From Octopus bimaculoides (lineage: Eukaryota), in the NCBI RefSeq assembly GCF_001194135.2, contig NC_068986.1:110912860-110976859 (forward strand): 64,000 bases of DNA. The letters run 5' to 3'. Shown piece by piece: positions 38,061-51,270 of the stretch. The notes beneath the pieces were generated by a model. That model did not search any database, was not told where the DNA came from, and saw only the letters and a list, made by a program, of their open reading frames with translations. The position numbers and the translations under genes are program-made. Within the stretch, counting starts at the first letter, position 1. Every line of letters begins with the position of its first letter.

Positions 38061-39159
38061 TCTGTGTATAAATTATTATATGCTATGATAAGAATATTTT
38101 GTATTCTATAATTTTGTAGGAATTGAATAATACTATTACCAGTATATTCTTGTTTATTTCTCTTCTATTATTCATTGATGTCCCATGTAGTTACGTTCCA
38201 ATTCATCATTTCTTTGTATTTACGTTGTAGTAGGTCAAAAATTTCAGCTGAATGTGATATCGTGAAATATTAATATACATTTAAGATATTCATCATTTTA
38301 AAAATGCATCACCATAAATTTGGGATATCAAAATCCCAATAGGTTAAAACAGAGAGTAACATTTGGAGCTTTGAGCAAGAGCATCCTGTTTGTTTTATGA
38401 AACGTTTCTATTTCAAATGTCAACTTGTAAGCATTTGGTTTTCAGTATTTTTATGTTTTAATTCATGTTTAGTAAATTTTTTAGTTTAACAAACATAATA
38501 CATATTTCGTGGGTGAGTATAATGATAATAATAATAATAATAAAACTGATAATAATAATAAGAAGAATAATAGTTTATTATTATTACTATCAATTGTATG
38601 ATGATGATGATGATAATGATGGTGATGGTGCTGATGATCCTCTTTGGGTAAAGGGTAGAATTTCATAATACAAATTATTCGATAAAAATGGTTGAATACC
38701 AACATGCAGTTATGTTCATATATGTATATTATAAACAAGGGCATGCTGCCAAAATTTAATAAAATATATTGAAATATCTTAGTCTTTCTAATAAAAAGCA
38801 AATATAATGCATCAGCAAATGCATGAGTCACCCTGACCAAAGAAAGTTCCTGGTCTTGCGGAACTCCGACGACTTTCTATAACATTCTACTTCCGAAAGA
38901 CATACAACTCATGTGAATACTGAAATTCGGCTCGATTCACTGTTCGTGGAGTTTAAACCCAAACCGTGTAATTTCGATTTGCGATGAATTCTCCAATAAA
39001 TCCCTTCTCCATTTAGTAATGAATTCGTTTTGATTGATACCAATTAGGCGCTCCTTATTTTTTCTGAGAAACTAAATTTCAATCAATCCTTTATTGTAGA
39101 TACCATTTTGATGCACAATCGTCCTTATACTTGCATTTAATCATTTTTTTAACCTTTAG

Positions 39160-39580
39160 ATATTAAAAGCTATCGAGAGCAAACACCCAGGAAACTTGAC
39201 GAAAGGGGTCTTGTTTCATCAAGTCCATACTCAGCATCCAAGTCATTGATTTCAATCGTTGCTGCGCGTGACTGCGGCTACGAACTGTTAGATCCCCCCC
39301 TATTCTCCTGATTTGGCCAACCGAACTACAATCTGTTCCCCAACACGAATAAACATTTGGTTGGGAACCAGTATCGCAGTTATAATGACGTCTTATCGAC
39401 TGTTGATAGCAATTTTTATCAATAGGAACAAAGCTTCTTCACCAATAGGTTCCAAGTACTGTAACACTGATAGAAGTATCATGTGACTGGAAGCGGTCTG
39501 TGTTGGAAAATAAACCTGATTTGGTCACATTCCAAGAGAGCATCTTAGTCAGCCTATTAATATTTCAGCCGAGTTTTGTA
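39160..39580 (+). mobile_element. Mariner 3' fragment with right TIR
   Basis: KHPGNLTKGVLFHQ, RDCGYELL..PPYSPDLA and NLFPNTNKHLVGNQYRS. Ends in cagcctattaatatttcagccga...TA. Confidence 0.8.
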
Positions 39581-40124
39581 ATTTCTCCGTTCTCTACTGA
39601 AACATATTGTAGTGTAGAAGTTATTCTATGATAGCTCGTCAGTGTCAACAAATATATAGCGAAAGTACTGGACAGTCGGTGGTATAACTGAGAAAAATAT
39701 GGGCCAAAAACATCCGGATTTGTCTGGCTAGTATATGTAAACTTATATCGTGAACTCCTCAATATATCACGAATTTCTACGATCGATAGGTATTTATATT
39801 TTTTAGATTTTAATTATTTGTGTTAAAATAAGCATTTCCACGCCTAAAAATTAATAAATTAATATATAGAAATACAGTAGAGTGCCGAACTGTATAACAC
39901 AATTAAAATATATCAAAAGAAAATACGTAAGTCACCGTAGATGAGTCAAAAAAGAATCGCACATATTGTATGGAAAACGAAATTTGGGAGACGAGTGTGT
40001 GGCGTTGTTTTGTATTTATAAAATAAATCAGTACCCCAGCATGGCCTCAGGCACAAGGTTGAAACATGTAGAAGAATGAAAGAATAGAAATTACAAAAAT
40101 AAAAAGAATATATATACTATACAC

Positions 40125-40202
40125 GCTTTCTACTTCGCGGAATTTCAACTATCGCGGGGTGCTTTTGAACGTAACACCCATGATAGTCGAGGGATTACTG
40201 TA
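40125..40202. mobile_element. One end of a Tigger/pogo-type element
   Basis: gatagtcgagggattactgTA, whose reverse complement is TA-CAGTAATCCCTCGACTATC (pogo-type CAGT terminus). Confidence 0.5.
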
Positions 40203-40650
40203 ACCTTCCTAGTACAATTATGCTCCTATTAACCTGGTTTATATTATTGATAATCCAGTCACTGTTGATTCAGTTCTCACGAGGATATCAGGTCATTTTA
40301 ATTTTTACACAGTAAATGATTGCATTGACTATGTGTTGATACGTAGAATATGGTTATGTGATGTTTAGTGTATTTTCTCTCCTTTGTTAAGTCTATCATT
40401 TTCAGCGTAAAATGTGTGCATATACGGTGTGAATATTCAATATCCATTATACCACTGCTGAGCTCAAACAAAGAAACGCTTTAAGGCCCCGCACCTGCGT
40501 TGGTACGATTCAACGAAGGTTCACTTGTATAAATTTGAAGTTTATGTAAATAGACTCTCCAGAAACACAATTAAATACAAAGCCATCATTCAGATAAAAA
40601 TATCTATATATCTCTTTCGCTTTCTCTGTGTATGTATGTATGTATGTATG

Positions 40651-40704
<54 letters not shown>

Positions 40705-40736
40705 AATGCATAATTGTATATGCATGTTCGATGCTT

Positions 40737-40772
<36 letters not shown>

Positions 40773-41704
40773 CACATATGTATTTACATATGCATAAACA
40801 TACGTATAAGTACATCCATGTAAAAGTTCATACATTGAACGTTACATTAGTAATGGAATTTATAATCTAGGAAAACAACAGAAACTTTCTAATGTACGAA
40901 CATTACTTGCTGGCCAACGTACGGCGTGCCAAGTAAATTTACAAGTCATCCAATCGTACGATGTCTACTTGATTAGAAATATCATCTGAAATATTGTGAA
41001 GCATGAATGCATTGGTCAATAAACATACTTGAAATTACTGTATCGATATCAAAGAAACATTTTTGTATTACACACCTACGTCATATGAAATTCATCGTTA
41101 AATAGGATGTTAACATAAAGCGTGATTCGTGTGTAAATTAACCGAGTGAAATTTTCTAGAAACGTCAACAGGAAATATGGCGCCGTCGTAACTATCTGTA
41201 CAGACAGATTAGAATAAAGAACTATTTAATTACATGAACATTTCGCCGGTTCGTGTGTGCCAAACTTTCCAAAGTAGAGAAATACAAGACATTTATTGCC
41301 TTATAGCTAAGTATAGTAGATATTATCAAAGCAAAATCTTGACCATGCGATGTTGTAAGGAATATTTAGCAGACGTAATATCTAACTAACTGTCAGTTCA
41401 ATACAACATACTTTATCTGTATTTCTAAGTACATAATTTAATATTGCTTTCCATATATAAGACGTTCATAGGCGCTCTCAAAGCGTTGAAGGAGATCTGA
41501 TAATTAGATGTAGAGCAGAGATGGTACGACCTAGATAACCAAATGCGATTGTTGAAAATTATCTTAGACTGTCTTAAGAATAGACAGAATTATCACATTT
41601 CAATGTTTATATTTCTGAAATGCTTGTCACGAACACACGTACACACCCCAACACATCCACATACATACACACACGTTCACACACTCACCCATATAGACAT
41701 ACAT

Positions 41705-41767
<63 letters not shown>

Positions 41768-44339
41768 GTATAAACGTGTATGTGCGCGCGTGCGATCATG
41801 ATTGCACTGGCAAAAACAGCGGCAAATATTTAACAAATAAGAAAGATATTGAAATATATTGCTCATAGACACACTTAAATTTTTTCTTACCCTCTTAAGA
41901 CTGTAGAACTGTATCATTACAAGTAAAATATTTTAAATTTAACGTTAAATAAAGCATTTACTAACGAGATTTAAGTCGACATTCGAATTAAGAAAAGTCG
42001 TTCAACAGAATTCAGTGCCGCTGTTATTTCCAGTACGTCGAGCAGCCACGTGATGGACCCATGATTGACCAGTGATTAACTTTGTTTGTGTTTTGATAAA
42101 TCCTATGTTAAGACTGATCGACAACAAACATGTCTTAGCATTATTAAGGGTCATCAAATTTTGTATTTTATATTTTAAGATGGAAACATGTTATTTGAGC
42201 AAAAAGGAGAGGTAATTTCTTGCAAACATAGGTTTTTGATAGTATAATCGTCGAATTGTTGTTGTTTTTATTGTCAGTGACTAGTTATAAATTTGCCCAG
42301 TGGCAACCCTAATAGTCTCTGACCAATCGATCTGCCAGCTATGAAAGCTTATTTTTAGCCGTTTGTGATAAACAGAAAAGGTAACACATTATATTTAACC
42401 TCTTGTCTATGTCGTGTTTATACATTGTTACTTAGCATTTGGCGACTTAATGAATGGTAAACGTTGTGTTTAACTTCCGTCCATGCACGTTCCAAAACAG
42501 AACAGATTATTTGAAAATGATAAATTAATAATTGTCATCTTTATTTTAAAATAATAAGCATTACAAATACAGCGATAAACATCTTCAATTAACAATAAAC
42601 ATTTTCAATTAATCACGATAAATCTTTTCAATTATCTATGAACATTTTCACTTAGCAAATTATATTTTCAATTAAAGCCGATGAACATTTTCGATTAACA
42701 AGTATGAGGATTTTCTAATTAACCTCTTTGCGAGAAAAATATTTATTCAAGGATGTGTTGTTTCATTTATATATTTTTAACGATGCATCCTACCTTTGGT
42801 CGCCAAAAATGCATTTCCCCATAAAACCTTAAATTGATATCAGATATTCCGGGGGCAAGTACAATGTCTAATGAATTCCTTCTACCACTCTAATGTTTCT
42901 CTTCAAATGCCAAGGATCTCAAATGCCAAGGATCTCAGTAAACCACCTCTATGATACTAATTGGTCTAATTAATTTACTTCCCTAAGTATTTGCATTATT
43001 CCTAATTTAGAACAGAGTTTGTTTTTTTTACATGAAATCAGTGGACTGATATAACTGATAAATTGATGGATAAAATAACGGTATGAGTTATATCCATTCA
43101 CAGTCTGCGTTTCCGCTGCATCAAGCGTAAAGTTTTACACCATTCTTCTTAGATACATTAAAATGAGAGCAAACCCGTATTCAGGTCGATTATATTGACT
43201 ACAAATATCTACATAAGCAACAATGTGTGATTCTGACTAATGGAAGAAGCTTATTCATATTAGAACAGTAGGGTCTGGTGGTATCGATAGTGGATCTATC
43301 TGATTATTTGTTTGGTTGAATGTTATTGTCTTTACGTTTAGACTTAAATCAGCCCTGACCTCGCAGCTACGATCATATAGGTGAGAGCTCTTTCTTTTAC
43401 ATTTGTCTCAACCTGAAGCACTTTTCTAAAGTTTTACCATCTTTTATCGAAGCCTTAACGCGTTTTGTCAGATCAATCTATCATTAATATTATTATTGTT
43501 CAATAGTTTTAATTTTATCACGTGCTTTCACTGAAAAGTCGAGCGCAGCTCTATGATCCTTTGCTATGTGAAGTGCTTGGTTTTGGCGTTGCTATTTTCA
43601 TTGTATTGAAAGTTCTTTCCCAGGAATTCTGCGGTGCCTAGTAGTGCTATTTTCTGTATGTTATATATATTTGTAAGTCCTGGTCTTTTGTTTATGTGTT
43701 TGTCTCTGTTGTCTTTTAATCATACCTAATACAACTATTATTATAAGGATTGTTTCTGTTTTCAAACTCAACATTCAAGATATCTGTTTCTAGATCTTTG
43801 TATTTTGGGAGTTTCTCCGTTTCTTTTAGAGATAGTCATCTGTTGGAAATCTTACATGCATTAAAAAGCAACCTCTTTAATGAACTCTGACGTGTACATC
43901 CAGTCTATTAGCCTTGAACTCTGTGTATATTGACATATTACGAAGGATAGTTGCTTTGCCATTTTCTGAAACCTTTTCTGGGATATGCCTAAACTGTTGC
44001 CATTCCATACTGCTGGAACAGCTTCCAGTTTATACATGTTGCATCTCTCTCATGTCTGTGGATATATTCCTTATTAACCAGGACTGGGCAGCCAGAGACA
44101 TTATGATATATTGCTTCTTCACCATCACTACATATTTTGAAGTTACTTATTGTATATTTCTTTATCATGGGTTTCTGGTAGGAAGGCTTTGATCTTTGGC
44201 CGCAATTAAAAAAAAAATGAGTCTCTTCTTTGAGTCCTGATTTTCTCAACCATTGTTGGAATTTTACTTTGTCTATTTCTTTTCTCTTTAGATTATACTA
44301 ATATTTGCCAAGTGAAGGCTTTTCTTGCAACTGTTTTAT

Positions 44340-44510
44340 AGAATTTTCTTTAGGTCGACTAACTCATCCCGCTCAAATGTCCCTCAGTTAGGGTTGTTAA
44401 AGAATTTTGAACGAAACACACATGTTTCCATGGATTAATTATTCAAACACCAAAGAATTATTCTCACCACATTGCATTGATGCTCGTGATCAGAGATGCA
44501 CACATCGTCG
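44340..44510 (+). mobile_element. Fragment of a dispersed repeat (same family as 47700-48190) nested in the LINE
   Basis: gaattttctt.aggtcga.ta..catc...gtccct.a.t.aggg.t...ttgaacgaaacac is shared with 47883-47965. Confidence 0.7.
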
Positions 44511-45214
44511 GAGTGTTGCTGTGTGGAAAATAACTCAAAAAGTTGTAAACGCTATTTGACGAAATTTTCATGAAAACCTAGTAATGTCACAAGTAACAGA
44601 TGACGAAATTTCTGTTAAGTTCACTTGTAAGGGGCATTAGTGATATGCAGAGAATTAAAGATGAAAGTGCGTCACCTCGGAAAATGCCGCAGTTGATATT
44701 CATATTGTTGGTGGTAAGTATTCCATCAGAGATGTATAATTGGAGAATCTTATTCCGCTTTGACATGTTGTGCTTCAAGCAGCTTGAAATCACAGGAGAA
44801 ATTTTGAAGATATCCAGCGATTCCAAGATCCATAAATGCAGTATGCTGTTGAAGGCATTTTTATTATCAATCCATGCAGAACTGACATTTCTGCGTTTGT
44901 TATGACAGTTGTCAAAGATCATGCGATTGATTAAGAGTTGGTCTTTGCATCCATATGAACCTTCGTCGGCACCCATTTTATTCGGTGGGGAAAATATTAT
45001 TCTGTTCCATAAATTTATGTTTTCTCCATGTTTTTTTTTCCACGAGGATGGATGTTAAAATTTTATACGTGGTAGTCAGACATGTAATGGGCCGATAGGT
45101 TTTGGGGAAATTTTGTTTCATTATTCGTCGGAGGTAGGTAGGTAGGCAATACCTCTAGTTAACCAATCAAGTGTTTTTATTTAATAACTGGACGAGTTTT
45201 TCTTGTGGTCAAGG

Positions 45215-45282
45215 GAACGAGGCAAGCCAGATATTTCGCAGCATGGGCGTGCTCAAATGACTGAAACAAATAAATGAATATC
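45215..45282 (+). mobile_element. SINE family B tail nested in the LINE
   Basis: gcagcatgggcgtgctcaaatgactgaaacaaataaa. Confidence 0.55.
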
Positions 45283-46659
45283 ATTAGCAGGAGATTTCCC
45301 CTTAAAAGCCTTCGTCAGTGTCTTTTTTAGGCCTGCTATTTTGATAACTTCTCATGTTTATTCTGGTAAGTTTTGGTAGGCTCCCTCTCTGTCTAATCCA
45401 GTTTGAATTTTTATTGTAAGTCTTTTCATTACTCCAGATATTTTTTTCCAGACGATTTCAACTTCATCCATAGCAAGGGGTTTTTAAGGCTTATTTTCTC
45501 CTTCCCCATTTCTCTGTAGAATGTTTTCACATTGGATGTGAACAACTTATTTTGCGTGTAAAATGTGTTTCTCTTCTCAAATCTCAATAGAGACTCGTGG
45601 AGAGTTTCTCTTCATCTGATTCTTCGTCTCCTTGTTGTCTTATATTTAGGTCATTTTCCTTTGATCGTAGTTATTTCACTATCTGTGAGTCATTAAATTT
45701 TGAAGATATCCCTCTTAACATTTGCTAACTTGTTTTCATCCAAATATAGTCTGCTGTCTTGATTTCGTCATCTCCAAAAGAGCGTGCAGTGTGCTTCTAT
45801 TCAGATGGTCTGCCTAATGCATAGTAATAGGCGTATATTACTTCTGTATATTCTTCTTGGGTCCATTCGATCCTCTTACATTTTCTTTCTGTGGTGAGTG
45901 TGGTGGTGGACTTGGAGGGCGCGGGTTGGGAGAGCTCCCGTTCAAGTAACCATCCAGGATCGTATTCAGAGAAGAGTTTGTGCCAGTGGATGAGTTTTCG
46001 ACCCCAGGCTGGGGGACGCGCTTCCAGATTAACCATAGGACAAGCGATTTGGTGTACTGTTGTAGTTTCCCTTTTTGTTTCGTTAAAATTATTATTTGTG
46101 CTACATTAAAATTATTAGTACTGACCTCTGTATTGTGATGTAAAAATGATTGTTGTCTCTGGCGCTATAGTCGACTCCGCAATTAATACCGTTAGTTACT
46201 TTAACCTTGCTATTACAGCATTGCTCATCGTTAGTTACCACCAAGAGTGCCTTGATCTCTATAGTCGTGGCTAACCTTTGTGGCCATGGCGACAGTATTA
46301 CCCTTATTTATTTAAATCTGTCATATTTGCCACTACTTATGTGTGGTATTATTAAATGAGATAATCTTAAATATGCGAGGGTTGAAGGGAATAGAGGAGA
46401 AAGAGAAGCCGCTTGTTGAATAGATGAATTTCCACAGGTCTGGAAATACATTCGTTAGATAGTGTGGAGACAGCAGTGGGCATTCCTGTGCGATAAGGAG
46501 ATAATAGAGTCCTCACACCCTTGGGGTCAGCAGAGGTCAAATATGTTTACTACTACTAGAGATCAATGAGAGCGTTGGCCTTGAAAAGAACCAATTCACC
46601 ACGTGCTATTTTTAGTTACCGATAGAAAAAAAATTTATATATATATATATATATATATA

Positions 46660-47010
46660 TACCAAAATGGGACAGGAACACAAAACATACAGACAGTTAG
46701 GTGATACGAAAAAGGGACAACAAAACATCTAGACAGACGAAACAAAGAAAACAAGGACGGGTCACTCGGAGTTTTCTATCCTCAGTCGAGTTCCAGATCA
46801 TCTTCGCAATTTCGGCTGGTTATACTCGAGAGTACTCCAATCTGGCCAGCCCCAAGGAAAAACTAAGCTAAGAGCATTACATTCCTTGGAGAAAGCAGCG
46901 AACGTATACGAAAACAAGGAGGGGAAAAACAGAGAATGTTACACAAATACAATGCGAATAACAGGACATAACAGCAGGTGTCTTTCGACTAAGAACGACT
47001 GATGTTAACA
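46660..47010. repeat. Unclassified interspersed-repeat-like block abutting (TA)n
   Basis: Internal near-duplications (aaaacat..agacag twice; aaaacaagga twice). The resemblance to an Octopus repeat is from memory only. Confidence 0.35.
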
Positions 47011-47699
47011 TCGTTGAATTTTTGAATTAAAAAAAATTTTCTTCTTTTAACTTTTCCTGCGGTTTACATTTTTTGTAATAGTGCATTTTTTATATATCAG
47101 CAGGTGCTTACCTCCTTAATTTTTTTAAATCATGTATTTAATTGTGCTGTTGCAATAAATGGTATGTTTACATATGCGTTTAATCAGAGAGAAAAGAATA
47201 AATTTTTTCCCACAAAATTGTCGATATTAAAATTTTCTAGAGACATTTGCATGACCAATCGGAGAAGACTGTAGTGTTTTTGCAATAAAAGGAATGTTTA
47301 CATTTTCGAATACTGAGGGAGAAAGGAAAGGAAAAAAAGGAGGGTAAAACTTTCACAGAAAATTGTAGATATTATAGTTCTAAAATTTACTAAAGATGAA
47401 TTCTTGTATGTCCGAACAGAGAAAAGTGTAGTGTTCTTAGGATAAAAAGGATGTTTACATTTTCCAATACTCAGAGAGAAAAGGAAAGGATAGGTATTTA
47501 CAGAAGTTGTAGATATTAAATTTCTTAAAGCTAATCGTTTGTCTTCCAAAACTGTAGATATGTATGTTTCTAAACTTATTTTGAGGGAATCTGTAGATAT
47601 TCCAGACTTTGAGATTTATGTTCAGTTGTCCTTCTGGTTTGTATAAATGCTTCTGTGTCTTCGTCTCATTATTATTATTATTATTGTTATTATTATTAT

Positions 47700-48190
47700 T
47701 AAGAGAGCAGCGGATGCATTCAAAGTGACACTGGGGTACAAATATACGAAGCCCAATATACCCATCATGACTATCCGTCTGATAAGTGTACACCAGGCAC
47801 ATTCATCTCAGTCGTATGTGTGCGAGATGGTGATCTCATATCAAGATAAACAGCCCATGATCTTGCAGGTGGGGCCTAATTAGAATTTTCTTCAGTTCGA
47901 ATAGCCCATCTTGATCAAGAGGTCCCTGAATAAGGGATTTTAAAATATATTGAACGAAACACCCATAGCTCCAGTGGGACATTTTCAAACTTCAAAGGAT
48001 TTCTCTCAAAACATGGCTATGATTCTCCCCCCACTACTCAGCTAGTTAAGGTCAAACAACTGACAAGCTAATCTGTGATACTGAGCAGAATATTTACTGC
48101 AGCCCATCTTTTATCCCAAGACAAAACAATGTACATGATATCACTTCCAATCAGTTAAGATCAGAAGCCATGAGAGCCACACTGACTGGT
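47700..48190 (+). mobile_element. Dispersed repeat (retroposon-like, preceded by an (ATT)n tract)
   Basis: Homologous to 44340-44510. (ATT)n at 47668-47700. Confidence 0.65.
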
Positions 48191-48444
48191 ATTGCATAAC
48201 AGCACTAGTTATCAGTTGATATGTTTTACAGTAGCAGTGTTTGTTTCTCTTTATATGAATTGTAAATGATTTGGGGTGTTTCCATCTTTCCTTTGAGTCT
48301 GTAGAGTTTGGACTGAGAAGACTTTCAGTATTATTTTAAGCAGTTAAAAAAACCACATTGAAGTACTTCTTTGTATCTATACTGTTTTATTGCTTGAAAT
48401 GTCTCTCATACATGCAGTACCTATTTTGCTTTTTCCTTTTTTTT

Positions 48445-48486
<42 letters not shown>

Positions 48487-49422
48487 AGATTTCTTTTTCT
48501 AGTATTCAGAAATTAAATGGAAGGAAACAGCATAGATGATATTTTTGTATTTCTCAGTAGAAAACCTTAATTAACTAGAGTTAAACAAAGGTTGCTGGTT
48601 TGTATTAAGATAGACTTGCAGAATATTTCATTGGCTAGACAAAAGGAATACTTTACAAGTGATACATCGCCAACGTATACGGAATCTGGTTTAATTGGGA
48701 ATTAAGGTAGATTATGACCAAGTATGTGACAAAAAATATATCAAAGTCATGTCATTACCGTGCCAAAGCTAATGAAATAGAAAAATATAATAACGAAACG
48801 AAATCCAGCTTATTGGAGAATTAAAGAGATTATTGTCATACGATTTCAACGACAAGAGATTGCTGAGGGCGACAAGAATAAAATAAACATGTTAAACATA
48901 AAATATGGAGTATTTTGAAAATGACGCCGTATATTTGGTTTTCATTATTATAGTTTACATTTCAGTTATACGAGAAATTATTAAACGGTCCAAAATACCG
49001 CGTCACTGAAATCGGATCAAAACAAGCAAGTCAACCACGAAGCATTCCGAGCAATTGCTGCGCAGCGCTATATTATACTCTTGTGTGCAGTTCCCTTCAA
49101 TGTGAAATATACGATGAGTTTTCAGCGATGCATTCTTTTATCACAGCATTTAGTATAGGTTCTTGCAATTCTTTGTGATTTGGATTCAAGTATGATTACT
49201 GGCAATATTGTAGTTACAATCTAAACTAATCTGACCATGTAAAATACAGTCTATGCCCCCCCCCCAAACTATTTACAAGTGTTGAGCTACTAATGATGAA
49301 GAAAGCTGAGTTTTGTTTAATGAAGAAACAACAGCTCCAATGTATGACGAGTCTTTCAATCAAACAATATTATTTATTAAACATTTATCTACTGAAATTA
49401 TTCTTCTTTCTATTTCTAACAC

Positions 49423-50717
49423 CTTGCTGTCAAGGTAGATTGATTCTTTCTCTCAGGTTCAGAGATCTTAGCTGTCGTAAGTGCCAAATTATGCAATCAT
49501 AATTTTCTAAATTGATTCAGTATCTTCTCAGCGTCCTAGTCTTCACCAATACCAAAATTCAAATCAATACTTCCCTCAGGAAATCATTAAGAATCATTTG
49601 AATTCCGACAAATCCTCTTCGCTCTAACATAGCACCCAGACCAACAATACTGTTACAGAGTGATAGTGGATTACCATCTGAAGTTTTGTGAATTGCAGAG
49701 GTTCCACTGTAACCGATACACCGACACCTCGCCGCCCGCAACATCCTTTTCCTTATGTGTACATAGTGGCTTCTCGTTCGTTTTCTTTACTAAGGCTATA
49801 CATCTCTATCATTTAGCCAGTTCTTGTATTTGTCTTGTAAGGGCAAATAGATATCGCAAATGACAAGTATGAGATATTTTGTTGCAATTGTCTTATATTT
49901 ATTCAAGTAGGTCGTCAAACAATTCATTTGATACTTCGAGAATGAACCATAGATGTGGAAAATGGTTACGATTCTATTGACAATATTGAGGCACTTGTAA
50001 CAACCTCTCGTAGTTTTACTATTATGATTTGATGTTTTACGCAAATACTTTAATCAACTATCAATTACTGTTCTTTGAGTGATTTATTGATACTTGTTCT
50101 ATAGAAATATACGACAATACAACTTACTACTTCAAATCCTTAAGGTGCGATTGTGTCCCAATTGGTTTCAGAGGTACCATGGTCATAAATTTAATATTTC
50201 GCCATTTTATTTGGCGAAATTAATGATAGGTGATACTCGTTGTTAAGTCTATTTACATTCCCTGTTCTCATATATATTACCAGGATAATTGGAGGACGCT
50301 TCTCTTCGTATGCGCTGAGATGAAACTAAAAGGTTGAGTAGTTTCGTTATGAAGAATAATAGACATTTGAAAAAGGACACCTTGAGAATTTATGTTCAGA
50401 GTAGTCTCTTCACGCACCAACACCCAATCTTTGTCGCTTTCTCTTCGGTTTCAGGTCATTTGATTTATGAAACGAATCGAAAAGCTCATTATATATTGTT
50501 TTCATTAGCGACTCACTGCTATGACGTGCAGAGGTGTAATACTCTCCGCTCTGGAATTGCCTTTGGTGAAAACACTCACGTGCCGTTCCCATGCATTCTG
50601 TGCATGGCGAGAGTAAGAATATTACGGATTGAGACGGAAAGTCAATGTGTTATGAAACCAGAAAATATGATGGATGAAATCTATGTAACTTTGTATCATC
50701 ATAGAATCAGTTTCTGA
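49423..50717 (+). pseudogene. Decayed protein tyrosine kinase domain (unprocessed; possibly Syk/Shark/HTK16-like)
   Basis: Colinear motifs: LAVK (49423-34), QIMQS* (49485-502), IQYLLSV (49515-35), QYFPQ..NHL (49565-600), IHRHLAARNIL (49716-48; HRD>HRH), SGF (49765-73), GGR...YA(P)E (50291-319), THCYDV..GVIL..EL..FGE (50511-70), KPENMMDEIY (50655-84) and RISF (50703-14). Stops and indels throughout. Confidence 0.72.
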
Positions 50718-51039
50718 CAGGTTTGTCAAGGAAGCTAAATTGTCACATTTACAGAGTATCATTGGGCATATCTACACCCACACACAGTTATGTGGTATGA
50801 CTTGGTTTATATTCTGAAGGTTATACATGTACAAGCGCCACTACAGCCTACAGGTGACCTCTTTCTATCATTATTGAGAAGATAGTTCAGCAGTATCTTC
50901 CGGGTCAGAATCAAAGTTAATTCTCAAATGCGGCGAGTGAGACGCAATTTTAATTTAGATCTAACATATGCAATGCTAATGTTAGATTCTTTGAGGGAGA
51001 GAAATCTATAGAGAAGCATAAATAAAACATCAAGTGTCG

Positions 51040-51270
51040 GGAAGATCGGCTATATTACGGTCTTGGACATAAGTTGAGAGGTTCTATGGAAGATGATCAC
51101 ATCAATATGGATGGACATATATTTGTATAAAATGTGGAGGCTCTTCATAAACAATATTGACCGTGTCCTGATAGCAAATAGCTCACGGAATTGTTTGAAG
51201 TGTTTGTGGGGTTAAAGTAAGAAAGCACAATTTCTCCACGTTACCTAATATTCTTCCAGGCCGACAGCAG
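51040..51270 (+). mobile_element. LINE reverse-transcriptase scrap (RTE-like)
   Basis: LTELFEVFVGLK*ESTISPRYLIFF resembles the RT motif SExFxVxxGxxQGxxLSPxLF. Confidence 0.5.

Larger units (their letters stand above)
43485..46085 (-). mobile_element. Internally deleted R4/Dong-type RLE LINE with nested insertions
   Basis: RT motifs GSYGCKDQLLINRMI...AWIDNKNAFNSILH...GIFRGDALSSL (44587-44976). N-terminal region RIEWTQEEYTEVIYAYY. C-terminal KYKDLE and NIQKIALLGTA. (AAT)-rich ends. Confidence 0.88.

Noticed and set aside
42301-42311. tggcaacccta, the reverse complement of a hAT-like TIR (TAGGGTTGCCA)
   Set aside because: No partner terminus or TSD found; an 11-mer alone is insufficient.
42904-42935. 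16-bp tandem duplication (caaatgccaaggatct x2)
   Set aside because: Ordinary slippage duplication.
46760-46800. Minus-strand ctgaggatagaaaactccgagtgac as a hammerhead
   Set aside because: No GAAA and no consistent helix I or III.
49455-49502. RDLSCRKC after a good acceptor, initially read as a second kinase catalytic loop
   Set aside because: The same bases fit better as the subdomain II-III linker and alpha-C (QIMQS) of the colinear kinase relic, so the RDLxxR likeness is probably chance.
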